From assembly GCA_038882955.1 (NCBI GenBank), contig JAVZNC010000005.1, positions 32,001 through 96,000 of the forward strand: a stretch of DNA of 64,000 nt. The letters run 5' to 3'. Shown here piece after piece: positions 40,768 to 49,484 of this stretch. Within the stretch, counting starts at the first letter, position 1. The number at the start of each line of letters is the position of its first letter. Both the position numbers and the translations under genes were made by a program. This DNA is from Candidatus Bathyarchaeia archaeon (GTDB lineage: Archaea; Thermoproteota; Bathyarchaeia; Bathyarchaeales; Bathycorpusculaceae). The notes under the pieces are model-generated. The model ran no database searches. It saw nothing but the letters and a program-made list of their open reading frames with translations, and was not told the DNA's origin.

Positions 40768-41814
40768 TTACCTTCCCTCAAAGTAAGCTTTTAGCCTTTC
40801 TGCAAAAACTTCGGGTTCTTCTACGGCTTCGCCGTCCCATAACAAGTACGGAAGCGCCCAAGCATCCGTGAAACACGTTTGCTGTATGCCAGCTCTGCTG
40901 ATAATTCGGATGTTCACGTCGAAGTAATCCAAATGCACATTTACTGGTCCAGAAAGCAGTATGGCGTTAAAGCTAGTGTATCCTTCTTTATGGTAAAAGC
41001 TTAACACTTTCACCATTCCTTCGGCGATTCCACACCAATCCGCTTCTTCAAGCTCTAATAGGTTGGATTTACCTCTAACAATTGCTTGAACCTCGTTTAG
41101 TCCCCGTAAAGGCGCGAAGGGAACAAGCCACTCCACGCCATGCGCTTCGAAAACGTGTCTTCCGCTCTTCTTTTCTGCTGAAACAAGGTCCTCCCAAAAG
41201 CTTAAATCATGTTTTTGATGGTACTCCATGCTTTTTTCCAGCATTAGCTGCACGAGATAGAATGGTCTGTCTCTTGCCAAGACTTGCATGTGTGGATGAA
41301 AAATTGATGAGCCAGCGGGAGGCAGATAATTGAAGATTAATGTTGGAAAGCTTATCGATGGCTCCTTTTCCTTAAGCCTTCTTAAATAAACACATGCGCC
41401 TTTGAAGCCGTCGAGAAGCATTTTTGGCGCGAACTCGCTAAGCTGCAAGTAATGTTCCCTCGACAAGACAACGAGAACGCTTCTTTCTGCATGCCCAAGA
41501 AGGTTTGGAACAGCAACAGCATCGCCGACGAAAATTCTTCCTTCTTCCAGAAAGTCTGGGTGAAACATCGGCGTCTTCGTTTTCACGTTTTCCGGGCAGA
41601 AGGGGCAGTTTGCCTTTGTCTTTTCTGCAAGAGCCTTGAGCTGTTCTTTGTCCGACGTTAGGAATCTGCTAATATAGTTCAACATCCCTCGAATTACCGT
41701 TGTGTTTCTCCCAGTGAGTGGGTCAGCCCTATACTCGAATGTTAACGTGTCCTCGGTAAAATTTTTTAAAGGGTTCAAAATTTTCGCGTGCTTAACAGTC
41801 TTTTCAAACTTCAT
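40768..41814 (-). CDS. galT: Galactose-1-phosphate uridylyltransferase family
   Basis: E.R.DPLTG, CPFC, NYLPPAGSSIFHPHMQ (HxH motif), PFAP. Confidence 0.8.
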   Translation of the reverse strand: MKFEKTVKHAKILNPLKNFTEDTLTFEYRADPLTGRNTTVIRGMLNYISRFLTSDKEQLKALAEKTKANCPFCPENVKTKTPMFHPDFLEEGRIFVGDAVAVPNLLGHAERSVLVVLSREHYLQLSEFAPKMLLDGFKGACVYLRRLKEKEPSISFPTLIFNYLPPAGSSIFHPHMQVLARDRPFYLVQLMLEKSMEYHQKHDLSFWEDLVSAEKKSGRHVFEAHGVEWLVPFAPLRGLNEVQAIVRGKSNLLELEEADWCGIAEGMVKVLSFYHKEGYTSFNAILLSGPVNVHLDYFDVNIRIISRAGIQQTCFTDAWALPYLLWDGEAVEEPEVFAERLKAYFEGR

Positions 41815-42016
41815 GGCAACTCACATCGCAATCTCTATTTTAGATGTGCAAGTTAATTGTTTTCGCCTCAAATGCCAATGCAAGTAACATCAAATTTAGG
41901 AAGTTTTCAATTGCTAAATTTTAGACCCTCTATCTATTTTTCGTCGTCGTCAAAACGCGTTTTTATTCCAGAAATTTATTATACTGGTGCATTAACCTAA
42001 AAGGAAGGCGATTAAA

Positions 42017-43078
42017 ATGACAAATGTATACTTTAAAAGAAAAGTTGAAGCCATAGAAGTTAAGGAAAAAACCATATCCCAACTTTTGGCTGAAATGGCA
42101 AAAACAGCCTATCAAGGTAGAAAACTCGGAGAGGCTGTTGAAGTTTGGGAAGCTATGCTAAAAGAGAAGGATTTAACAATAATTATGGGTTTTGCGGGTT
42201 CGATGAGCACGGCGGGGCAATGGAAAATTGTGAACTGGCTTATAGAAAACCGCTTCATCGACGTTCTCGTTTCAACAGGTGCAAACGTTTCAGAAGACAT
42301 TGTTGACGCGATGGGTTTCGGCTATTGGCAAGGTTCCCCATCCGTCAACGACGCGGAATTGCTCAAGGCGGACATAAACAGGTACTATGACGTTTACGGG
42401 CGAGAAGCAGACTATAGGAAGATGGAAGAGCTGATGACGGAGTTTCTACTTACGTTGAAGACGGACTTTACGTACTCTTCCATGGAGTTTCTACACTTGT
42501 TTGGCAAGTGGCTCAGCAAAAAGGGAATAAAGAGCATAGCCGCAGTAGCCGCGGAAAACAATGTGCCAATATTTTGTCCAGCAATTTCAGATAGCGCCTA
42601 CGGCGAAGCGTTCTTGATGGCTAAAAACATGGGACACAAAATCCTATTAGACCAGGTTAAGGAGTTCGACCAGTTCGTTGGAATAGGCGAGAAAGTGAAG
42701 GACATAGGCGTAGTTTACATAGGCGGCGGGGTCCCAAAAGACTTCACACAACTAATTGCAATTTCAGTTTCGCCAAAAACCATGGACAAAGGCGTGCCTG
42801 GAAGAGAAGGCTACATGCGCAAATCCGTTAAAGAGTATTACTATCCACACAAATACGCCATTCAAATAACCACTGATTCGCCGCAGTGGGGAGGCTTGTC
42901 CGGCTGCACGTTGGAAGAAGCCATAAGCTGGGGCAAAATTCACAGTGAAGGAAAACGCGTAACAGTGTACTGTGACGCGACGATTGCGCTGCCACTGATA
43001 GCACATGCACTGAACGAAAGGGTGAAAATAAAGCGTAAGGCGTCAGACCTTTCATGGCTTTTTAGCGAAATCACTTAA
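42017..43078 (+). CDS. Deoxyhypusine synthase-like protein (GGGVPKD type; possible homospermidine synthase)
   Basis: STGAN, CPAISDS, GGGVPKDF, GGLSGCTLEEAISWGK, DATIALP. Confidence 0.88.
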   Translation: MTNVYFKRKVEAIEVKEKTISQLLAEMAKTAYQGRKLGEAVEVWEAMLKEKDLTIIMGFAGSMSTAGQWKIVNWLIENRFIDVLVSTGANVSEDIVDAMGFGYWQGSPSVNDAELLKADINRYYDVYGREADYRKMEELMTEFLLTLKTDFTYSSMEFLHLFGKWLSKKGIKSIAAVAAENNVPIFCPAISDSAYGEAFLMAKNMGHKILLDQVKEFDQFVGIGEKVKDIGVVYIGGGVPKDFTQLIAISVSPKTMDKGVPGREGYMRKSVKEYYYPHKYAIQITTDSPQWGGLSGCTLEEAISWGKIHSEGKRVTVYCDATIALPLIAHALNERVKIKRKASDLSWLFSEIT

Positions 43079-44013
43079 TCCTTCAACCTTGTTATTAACG
43101 CGCTCACCATTATTGGCAATATTATGGAGGCGTCGCCCTCAACCATTACGCGGCTAGCCCGCCTGTTTATTTTTCCCCATGAAACCGCCTCTCGCGGCTT
43201 TGCGCCAGAAAGGCTTCCATCCCACTCCACTGCAGTGCTGACGTAAACAGCATAGTTCAGTCCTTCTCTGAACTGGTTCCACCAAAGCGTATGATGCTTT
43301 GATATGCCGCCGCCAATTATCAAGGCGCCAGTCTTCTTCGCCGTGAAAACAATGTCGCTTAACTCTCCAGAATCCTTTAATAGGTTAATTCTGAAGTCGC
43401 GGTGTTCCTGCGAGAAAAGCCACAGTTGATAGCCCACAGCCCCGTCGGTTATTCCAGGCACATATACGGGTATGTTGTTTTTGGCTGCCCAGTAGAGAAT
43501 CGACGTTTCGTTGCATATGCGCTTCCCAATTTCATTGCACAGTTGCCTTGTCGAGATTTCTTTTACGTCTTCCCGCCACAAAGCATCAAGAAGCGTCTGC
43601 ATTTTCTCCTCGATTATGGCGCCGTAGCTGCTGTTTGGAACGAGAACGTTGCCCAAACGGTTTACCCCGCCCTCTCGAAGTTTGGCATCATCCATCAAAA
43701 ATGAGCCCTTGTAATAGTTTTTCCAGCACCTCGCAATGTCGTGGTCAAGGGTTCCACAGGTAGTAATTACAACGTCAACAAGCTTTCTTTGTACAAGCTC
43801 CTTCAGGGCTCCGCGTGTTCCAGTTGCCACGAGGTTTCCAGTAAAAGAAAGAAATTTGACGCAATTTTTCTCCCGCATCATCTTCTCGAGAATGCGCACT
43901 GCCACTGCTAGTTTGCCCGCGGTAAAACCCCAAGCCTTCTCCATCTGCAGAACAAGCTCGTTAACAGACATTTTCTCAAAAAGGCGGTAATCTTCAACCG
44001 TTTCTTTACGCAT
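43075..44013 (-). CDS. dys: Deoxyhypusine synthase (canonical crenarchaeal/eukaryote-like type)
   Basis: FTGNLVATG, NRLGN, PGITDG, GGGISKHH, DGSLSGAKPREAVSWGK (catalytic Lys retained). Confidence 0.92.
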   Translation of the reverse strand: MRKETVEDYRLFEKMSVNELVLQMEKAWGFTAGKLAVAVRILEKMMREKNCVKFLSFTGNLVATGTRGALKELVQRKLVDVVITTCGTLDHDIARCWKNYYKGSFLMDDAKLREGGVNRLGNVLVPNSSYGAIIEEKMQTLLDALWREDVKEISTRQLCNEIGKRICNETSILYWAAKNNIPVYVPGITDGAVGYQLWLFSQEHRDFRINLLKDSGELSDIVFTAKKTGALIIGGGISKHHTLWWNQFREGLNYAVYVSTAVEWDGSLSGAKPREAVSWGKINRRASRVMVEGDASIILPIMVSALITRLKD

Positions 44014-44086
44014 GCCCTAATCCTCCAACGTTCAACGCGTACAATTTGTTGTTAAAGAATAAATAAATTGGCTTTTAAACCCCGCC

Positions 44087-44965
44087 CTAGTTAGTTAGAT
44101 ATGCGATTATTTTGCTGTAAATATCCTTATTTCTAAGGTCTTCATAACCAGCGTAGATGCTTGGATTATCGTTCACTTCAACCACGACAAAGTTGCCGTT
44201 GAACTCTTTAATGTCAACTCCATAAAGTCCATTGCCGACTAGAGCGCACGCCTTTAAGGCTGTTTCTTTAAGTTTTTCGGGCGCGTTTTCCCTTTTAAGC
44301 GAAACTGTTCTTCCCCAAACAAATGTTGGCTTGCCTCTCCTTTTTACGCCGTGTTTCCATCTGCCTTTTGGAACCATGTACTTGCAAACATATAAAACCT
44401 CATTGTTTAGGACGCCTACACGCCAGTCGAAGGCTGTTGGCATGAACTTCTGAACAACTAAAATGTCCGAGCGCCTAAAGAAGCGTTTGGCTACTTCTCT
44501 AAAACTTGTTTCGCATGCAACTTTCTCCACGTACCGCGAGAAACTCGTGTAAGGCGCCTTCAAAACGACTGGTCTCCCGAAAGCGTTGAAGATTTCCAGT
44601 ATCTTTTTATGGTGAAACTCATCCTTGTTCAAGAAGATTGTTGGAATGTGCGGAACATCGTGTTTTTCGAACAGTTCGTATAGGTGAACCTTGTTTCCGC
44701 ACACTTGTATCGACTTAGGGTCATCAACAACTTTCAAGCCGAGTTCCCAAGCTGTTTTTGAAACAACATAAGCCGTGTAAAGCGGGTCTGTTGTTGCCCT
44801 AATGAAAACAGCATCATACTTAGGAATTTCCGCAAGGTTTTCCCTAAAAACAAAGTTGAACCTATGCCCCATGCTCTCCGCTGTCAGCTTAAAGTTTTGG
44901 AGAGCCCCAACTTCCCTTGGGTCGGTGAAATTGTATCTTTCAACAAAGCAAGCTATATTACCCAA
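44087..44965 (-). CDS. RimK family ATP-grasp ligase
   Basis: DAVFIR.TT, VDDP.SI..C.NK, VLKAP..SFS, QKFMPTAFDWRVGVL, LYGVDIKE, EVNDNPS. Confidence 0.9.
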   Translation of the reverse strand: MGNIACFVERYNFTDPREVGALQNFKLTAESMGHRFNFVFRENLAEIPKYDAVFIRATTDPLYTAYVVSKTAWELGLKVVDDPKSIQVCGNKVHLYELFEKHDVPHIPTIFLNKDEFHHKKILEIFNAFGRPVVLKAPYTSFSRYVEKVACETSFREVAKRFFRRSDILVVQKFMPTAFDWRVGVLNNEVLYVCKYMVPKGRWKHGVKRRGKPTFVWGRTVSLKRENAPEKLKETALKACALVGNGLYGVDIKEFNGNFVVVEVNDNPSIYAGYEDLRNKDIYSKIIAYLTN

Positions 44966-45650
44966 CTAGGCATTCACCATCTCCGAGAAGACGAGAAACT
45001 TCGCTACGCAGAAGCTTCAAGTCCAACTGCGTCAACTCATCCTTCCGTAATTGCTGGAGACCGCACAAAAAGGCTTCCCTTCCAACAAGCTGAACGTGTA
45101 ACTTGCAAAGTGGAATCCTAAAGAGATTGTAAACTTTTTCCGCAATCTTCTGTGCTGGTTCTTTCACCTCGCATCTTCCAAAAATGGACTTGAACGAGAC
45201 TATTTCGCCTAAAAGTGGCTGCGCACAAACAGCAAACTTGTAGTTCATACTCAAACTTTTGACAGCCTTATAGAGGGCATTTCTGTTCTTCGCGGTTCTA
45301 AAACCTTCAAAAGAGAATGGATTTACTGCAAAAACAACCACTGGAAAGTCAAAGTTTGGCATTATCTGTTTAACAGAGTCCGTAACAACAAATGGCATCG
45401 TTGGAATCCCAACTTTTGAAGCGCGCAACAGCAGTATAGGCGTCCTATAAGCGTCAATAATGTTCTCTGTGGATGGGATGACGCGGTTCCCCAAAACTTC
45501 AGCATGCAGAGAAACATAGTATCCAGTCTTCAAATAGCGGTAGTCATTGTTAATGTTGAGAGTAAAATCTTTAATCGAAGATTCAAGAAAGGCTGAAGGT
45601 TTCATTGTCGGCGTTTCTAAAGTTAGGTCGATGTTTGAGACGACCAACAC
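44958..45650 (-). CDS. RimK-like ATP-grasp N-terminal (RLAN) domain protein
   Basis: N…DYRYLKTGYYVSLHAE..G..VIPS is the RLAN signature; F.IPL motif; overlaps start of the ATP-grasp gene. Confidence 0.8.
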   Translation of the reverse strand: MLVVSNIDLTLETPTMKPSAFLESSIKDFTLNINNDYRYLKTGYYVSLHAEVLGNRVIPSTENIIDAYRTPILLLRASKVGIPTMPFVVTDSVKQIMPNFDFPVVVFAVNPFSFEGFRTAKNRNALYKAVKSLSMNYKFAVCAQPLLGEIVSFKSIFGRCEVKEPAQKIAEKVYNLFRIPLCKLHVQLVGREAFLCGLQQLRKDELTQLDLKLLRSEVSRLLGDGECLVG

Positions 45651-45728
45651 CCATGTAACACCAGATGATTAAAACCTCGGTATTGCATCAGTAATATTTA
45701 AAATTAACTACGCGCTTTGCAGTTGCGC

Positions 45729-45738
45729 TTTTATATAT
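45729..45738. promoter_or_regulatory. TATA-box-like element in divergent RLAN / GCS2 intergenic region
   Basis: TTTTATATAT about 40 nt upstream of inferred GCS2 start. Confidence 0.4.
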
Positions 45739-45778
45739 GAGCCAGAAACCAGAATATTAAGCGGTAGGAAGAGGAGCA

Positions 45779-46972
45779 ATAACGTACAAAACCCTAGAAG
45801 TTCTAGGTCCAGAACACGAGTACGCCATTGTCAACGAGGAATTAAAAGCTCTGCCAATCGTTGACAAGATTATAAAGGATTTCAAGGGACGCATCGTAAA
45901 CTTCGTCGAGCAAACCAGCTTCACTTTTGGAAAGGAACTTCAAATGCACGTTTTGGAGCTTAAACCAAACGAGCCCTTCGAATCGCCAATAGACTTTGAA
46001 GAAACAATGCAAAATGCCGTTTTAACACTAACAGAATTTCTTGAACACAAATACAAGGCAAACCTTCTAGGAACTGGAATGCATCCAACGCTTAGACTTG
46101 AGGAAACTGGCGTTTGGCCGCACCGTCACAGACAAATTTACCACTTTTACGGCAAAGTCTTCAACCTAAAACAGCACGGTTGGCTTAACATCCAAAGCTT
46201 CCAACTCAACCTACCCTATGCGAACGAAAAAGACGCAATCCAAATACATAACACACTGGCGGAAATCTGCGCTTATCTCCCAGCAGTCGCTGCTTCATCC
46301 CCAATATACGAGGGAAAAATCGGGGAGTATGTTGACAATCGCCTACACTTTTACATGCTCAATCAGAAAGAGGTGCCATCAGTCACAGGCAATGTTATCC
46401 CAGAATACATCACCTCGTTTAAACAGTACAAAACAGAGATTATAGGACGCTATTCGAACGACTTAATCAAGGCTGGCGTGAAAGATTGCCTACCCTACAA
46501 GGACTGGGTAAACTCCAGAGGTGCAATCTTTAGATTTGACAGAAAAGCCATAGAAATCCGCGTCATGGACGAACAGGAATGCATCAAATCCGATGTTGCA
46601 TTAAGCTGCTTTGTAAGGACCGCCCTTAAGGGGATTATTAAAGAGAATAGGGCGCTCATACCGCGAGAAACGCTAATCAAAGATTTTAACTCTGTAGTGC
46701 GAGAGGGCTTAAACGCGAAGGTTACGCATCCTTTTGGGCGGACAGCCCGCCAAGTATGCAAGCGTCTCCTGAAAATTGCTTGGGAAAATGCCTCGGAAGA
46801 AGAGCGCAAATATCTTTCATTTGTGGAGAAAAGAATTGAGTGCGGAAGTCTCTCCGAACTCATTAGAAGCCATGTAATGCAGAGAGCGCAGAAAACCGAC
46901 TTAAAAGAAGCCATAACAAGCGTCTACTCAAAACTTATAAAAAACCTCGTAAACAATGAACCATACTCCTAA
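45779..46972 (+). CDS. Glutamate--cysteine ligase family 2 (GCS2/YbdK-like carboxylate-amine ligase)
   Basis: GPEHEY (upstream of first ATG), KELQMHVLEL, GMHP, HGWLNIQSFQLNLPY, ASSP, NSRGAIFRFDR.AIEIRVMD.QEC; inferred start ATA 45779 (first ATG at 45944). Confidence 0.85.
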   Translation: MTYKTLEVLGPEHEYAIVNEELKALPIVDKIIKDFKGRIVNFVEQTSFTFGKELQMHVLELKPNEPFESPIDFEETMQNAVLTLTEFLEHKYKANLLGTGMHPTLRLEETGVWPHRHRQIYHFYGKVFNLKQHGWLNIQSFQLNLPYANEKDAIQIHNTLAEICAYLPAVAASSPIYEGKIGEYVDNRLHFYMLNQKEVPSVTGNVIPEYITSFKQYKTEIIGRYSNDLIKAGVKDCLPYKDWVNSRGAIFRFDRKAIEIRVMDEQECIKSDVALSCFVRTALKGIIKENRALIPRETLIKDFNSVVREGLNAKVTHPFGRTARQVCKRLLKIAWENASEEERKYLSFVEKRIECGSLSELIRSHVMQRAQKTDLKEAITSVYSKLIKNLVNNEPYS

Positions 46973-46990
46973 TAGAAAGGGGTGCATAAA

Positions 46991-47533
46991 ATGACTGAAG
47001 AGCCGAGGCAAAACGACTTCTTTAACGTTTGCGGCGAATGCAAAATTAGTTGCTGTCAAAATGCGAGACCACCAATAACAAATGAACGAAGAAAAACGAT
47101 AGAGGAATTCTTGAAAAGACAGGGACTTTCTGTTGAAAACTTGTTTGAGCAGAGCGCCTACACTTTTCCGAAGGAAGATGCTGAAGGCTACTGCATTTTC
47201 TACGACAAGAAAACAAGGCGATGCAAAGTCCACCCGGTGAAACCGGAAACATGCGTTGCAGGACCAATAACATTTGACGTAAACGCAAAAACTGGGATGG
47301 TGGAATGGTATTTAAAGATGGAGAAAATATGTCCGCTTGCCGGCGCCATGTACAAAAACAAGGAAGTTCTCGAAAAGCATCTGAAATCAGCAAAAAGAGA
47401 AATACGCCGACTCCTACGCGAATTGGACGCTAACGCCTTGAGAACTATTTTGAAAATTGAGGAGCCGGAAACATTCAAGATAGGCGAAGAAAAAGCTGAA
47501 AAGGAAATTCTACATAAACTGACAAGCGTTTAA
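46991..47533 (+). CDS. YkgJ family cysteine-cluster (CxxCxxxCC) protein
   Basis: CGECKISCC, CIFYD, CKVHPVKPETC..GP, CP. Confidence 0.85.
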   Translation: MTEEPRQNDFFNVCGECKISCCQNARPPITNERRKTIEEFLKRQGLSVENLFEQSAYTFPKEDAEGYCIFYDKKTRRCKVHPVKPETCVAGPITFDVNAKTGMVEWYLKMEKICPLAGAMYKNKEVLEKHLKSAKREIRRLLRELDANALRTILKIEEPETFKIGEEKAEKEILHKLTSV

Positions 47534-47582
47534 CATTGTTGATGTAGTTGCCCAACTTTATTTTACATTTTGCTTTTTAAGG

Positions 47583-47683
47583 CGGGCCCGAGGGGATTTG
47601 AACCCCTGTTCTCCGGCTCCGGAGGCTTGCGCACCTTTCGAGTTTTTGGTTCGGCGCCTTAATCCATACTGGGCTACGGGCCC
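47583..47683 (-). tRNA. tRNA-Arg(CCG) with 25-nt intron at position 29/30 (47627-47651)
   Basis: Acceptor stem GGGCCCG/CGGGCCC; T-arm AGGGG-TTCAAAT-CCCCT. After removing AACCAAAAACTCGAAAGGTGCGCAA the anticodon arm is CCGGC-CTCCGGA-GCCGG. BHB motif at the junctions. Confidence 0.92.
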
Positions 47684-47725
47684 ACACCCCAAAATAAAAG
47701 ATGTGCGTTTGTTTGATTAATGTTG

Positions 47726-48226
47726 TTATGCCTCAATGAGTTCTTCGTTTATCCACCATGCTTTTTTCTTTCCCATTTTTTCTCCCGGATAATATTCGAT
47801 TATTGGTTTTCCAAGCTGCTTCTTCGAGAGTTTTTCTATTCTTTTTAGCCTGTTCAATACTAGCCATCTGTTTGTTTTTAGGTAGTCTGCCAGTTCTGGT
47901 GTTGTTGCGCCTTTGTAGTGTATGAGGTAGTCTACTATTTTGTGGTCTGTTTCGTCAGTGCAAAAGTTGTGTGGATTTGTTTTTCCCCTTTCGTAGGTTA
48001 AAAGTTCCAAATCTGCAAGGTATTTTCTTACTTCTGCAAACTCCTTTTCTATGCGGCTAATTCGTTCTTCGAGTTCTAGGATTTTGTCTGGTTTTGGTGT
48101 TTTTTGCAGCTTTTCCATTATTGCGTCTCGGATGAAGTCGCTTCTTTCGCCTTCTGGAACGCGGATGAGCATCTCCTTGTAGACTTCTTCTGGGATTTTA
48201 ACGGAAATTACCCTTAACTTCTCCAC
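47726..48226 (-). CDS. Ribbon-helix-helix + coiled-coil + winged-HTH transcriptional regulator
   Basis: VISVKIPEE…RSDFIRDAI (RHH), LEERISRIEKE coil, ATTPELA…VLNRLKR (HTH). Confidence 0.7.
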   Translation of the reverse strand: MEKLRVISVKIPEEVYKEMLIRVPEGERSDFIRDAIMEKLQKTPKPDKILELEERISRIEKEFAEVRKYLADLELLTYERGKTNPHNFCTDETDHKIVDYLIHYKGATTPELADYLKTNRWLVLNRLKRIEKLSKKQLGKPIIEYYPGEKMGKKKAWWINEELIEA

Positions 48227-48350
48227 GTTACTCCCGCCAAGGTTAATGTTTATAATCCTGAGTATTTCATGGTTTCTTCTTTAGGGTTTCTTTCGGAAAT
48301 TTTTTAAAAGCTACAGCTTAACTCTAAACCGAGGTTGAAGTGATTAAGAA

Positions 48351-49472
48351 ATGCCGAGAAAAACCACAATTTCGCTAATCAAATGTGATGTAGGCTCTTT
48401 AGCTGGACACCATGTTGCGCCGAAACCCCTTCTTGCTGTAGCTGAAAAAAACCTTAAAAAAGCGGCAGAGGAAGGTTTGATTAACGGTTACTACGTGTTC
48501 AATGTTGGAGATGACATTCAGCTTTTAATGGTTCATGAAAGGGGCGAATCAAACCCAGATGTGCATAAACTTGCCTTTGAAACCTTTAAAGAAGCAACAA
48601 AAAAGGCGTTAGAGCTTAAACTCTATGGCGCTGGACAAGACCTTCTAAAAAACGCTTTTAGCGGAAACATCCGCGGCATGGGACCAGGTGTCGCAGAGAT
48701 GGAAATTGAAGAGAGAGGTTCAGACCCGATGGTTGTTTTCGCAGCGGACAAAACATCTGCGGGTTCATTTAACTATCCGCTTTTCCGGATTTTTGCTGAT
48801 CCCATGAATACGGCTGGGCTTGTTATCGACACGAACATGGCTGGAGGCTTTAGGTTTGAGGTTATGGACACGGCGGAAAACAAGAAGGTTGTTCTCAAAT
48901 GTCCAGAAGAGATGTACGATTTGTTGGCTTTGATTGGCACAGTCCAGCGCTACATGATTTCTCGTGTGTGGAGAGCGCGAGACAACCTAATATGTGCTGT
49001 TGGCAGTGTAACCAAACTTTCGCAGATTGCTGGAAAGTATGTTGGAAAGGATGATCCAGTGATGATTGTGCGCGCGCAGCATGGGCTTCCAGCTGTCGGA
49101 GAAATTTTGGTGCCTTTCTTGCACAGTTATCTTGTTGAGGGGTGGATGCGTGGAAGCCACTGGGGACCAATAATGCCAGTAAGCCTGAAAGATGCGAAAT
49201 GCACGCTTTTCGATGGACCCCCAAGGATTGTGGCATTAGGGTTTCAAGTTTCAAATGGCAAGATTGCATGCGACGACAATGGTAGACCAATGATTGCAGA
49301 CCTGTTTGATGATCTAGCCTTTGCTTTGGCTAGGCGCGAGGCTTTAACGTACGCCGCGATGCTTAGACGTATGGGCGAATTTGAACCAGCGCGTTTGGGA
49401 CCAGAAGAGATGGAGTACACTACGCTGCAGCAGATATTGGATAGGCTTAAGGAACGCTTCGAACCAGCCTAG
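48351..49472 (+). CDS. fbp: Bifunctional fructose-1,6-bisphosphate aldolase/phosphatase (class V)
   Basis: DVGS..GH, VGDD, YGAGQDLL, FSGN.RGMGPG, DKT, YVGKDDP, GWMRGSH, FDGPP, EMEYTT. Confidence 0.95.
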   Translation: MPRKTTISLIKCDVGSLAGHHVAPKPLLAVAEKNLKKAAEEGLINGYYVFNVGDDIQLLMVHERGESNPDVHKLAFETFKEATKKALELKLYGAGQDLLKNAFSGNIRGMGPGVAEMEIEERGSDPMVVFAADKTSAGSFNYPLFRIFADPMNTAGLVIDTNMAGGFRFEVMDTAENKKVVLKCPEEMYDLLALIGTVQRYMISRVWRARDNLICAVGSVTKLSQIAGKYVGKDDPVMIVRAQHGLPAVGEILVPFLHSYLVEGWMRGSHWGPIMPVSLKDAKCTLFDGPPRIVALGFQVSNGKIACDDNGRPMIADLFDDLAFALARREALTYAAMLRRMGEFEPARLGPEEMEYTTLQQILDRLKERFEPA

Positions 49473-49484
49473 AAAGGCGTGTGC

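Noticed and set aside
47534-48350. Integrated element at the tRNA-Arg gene
   Set aside because: No integrase, no duplicated tRNA 3' end (att site) seen in the window, and flanking genes are chromosomal-type.
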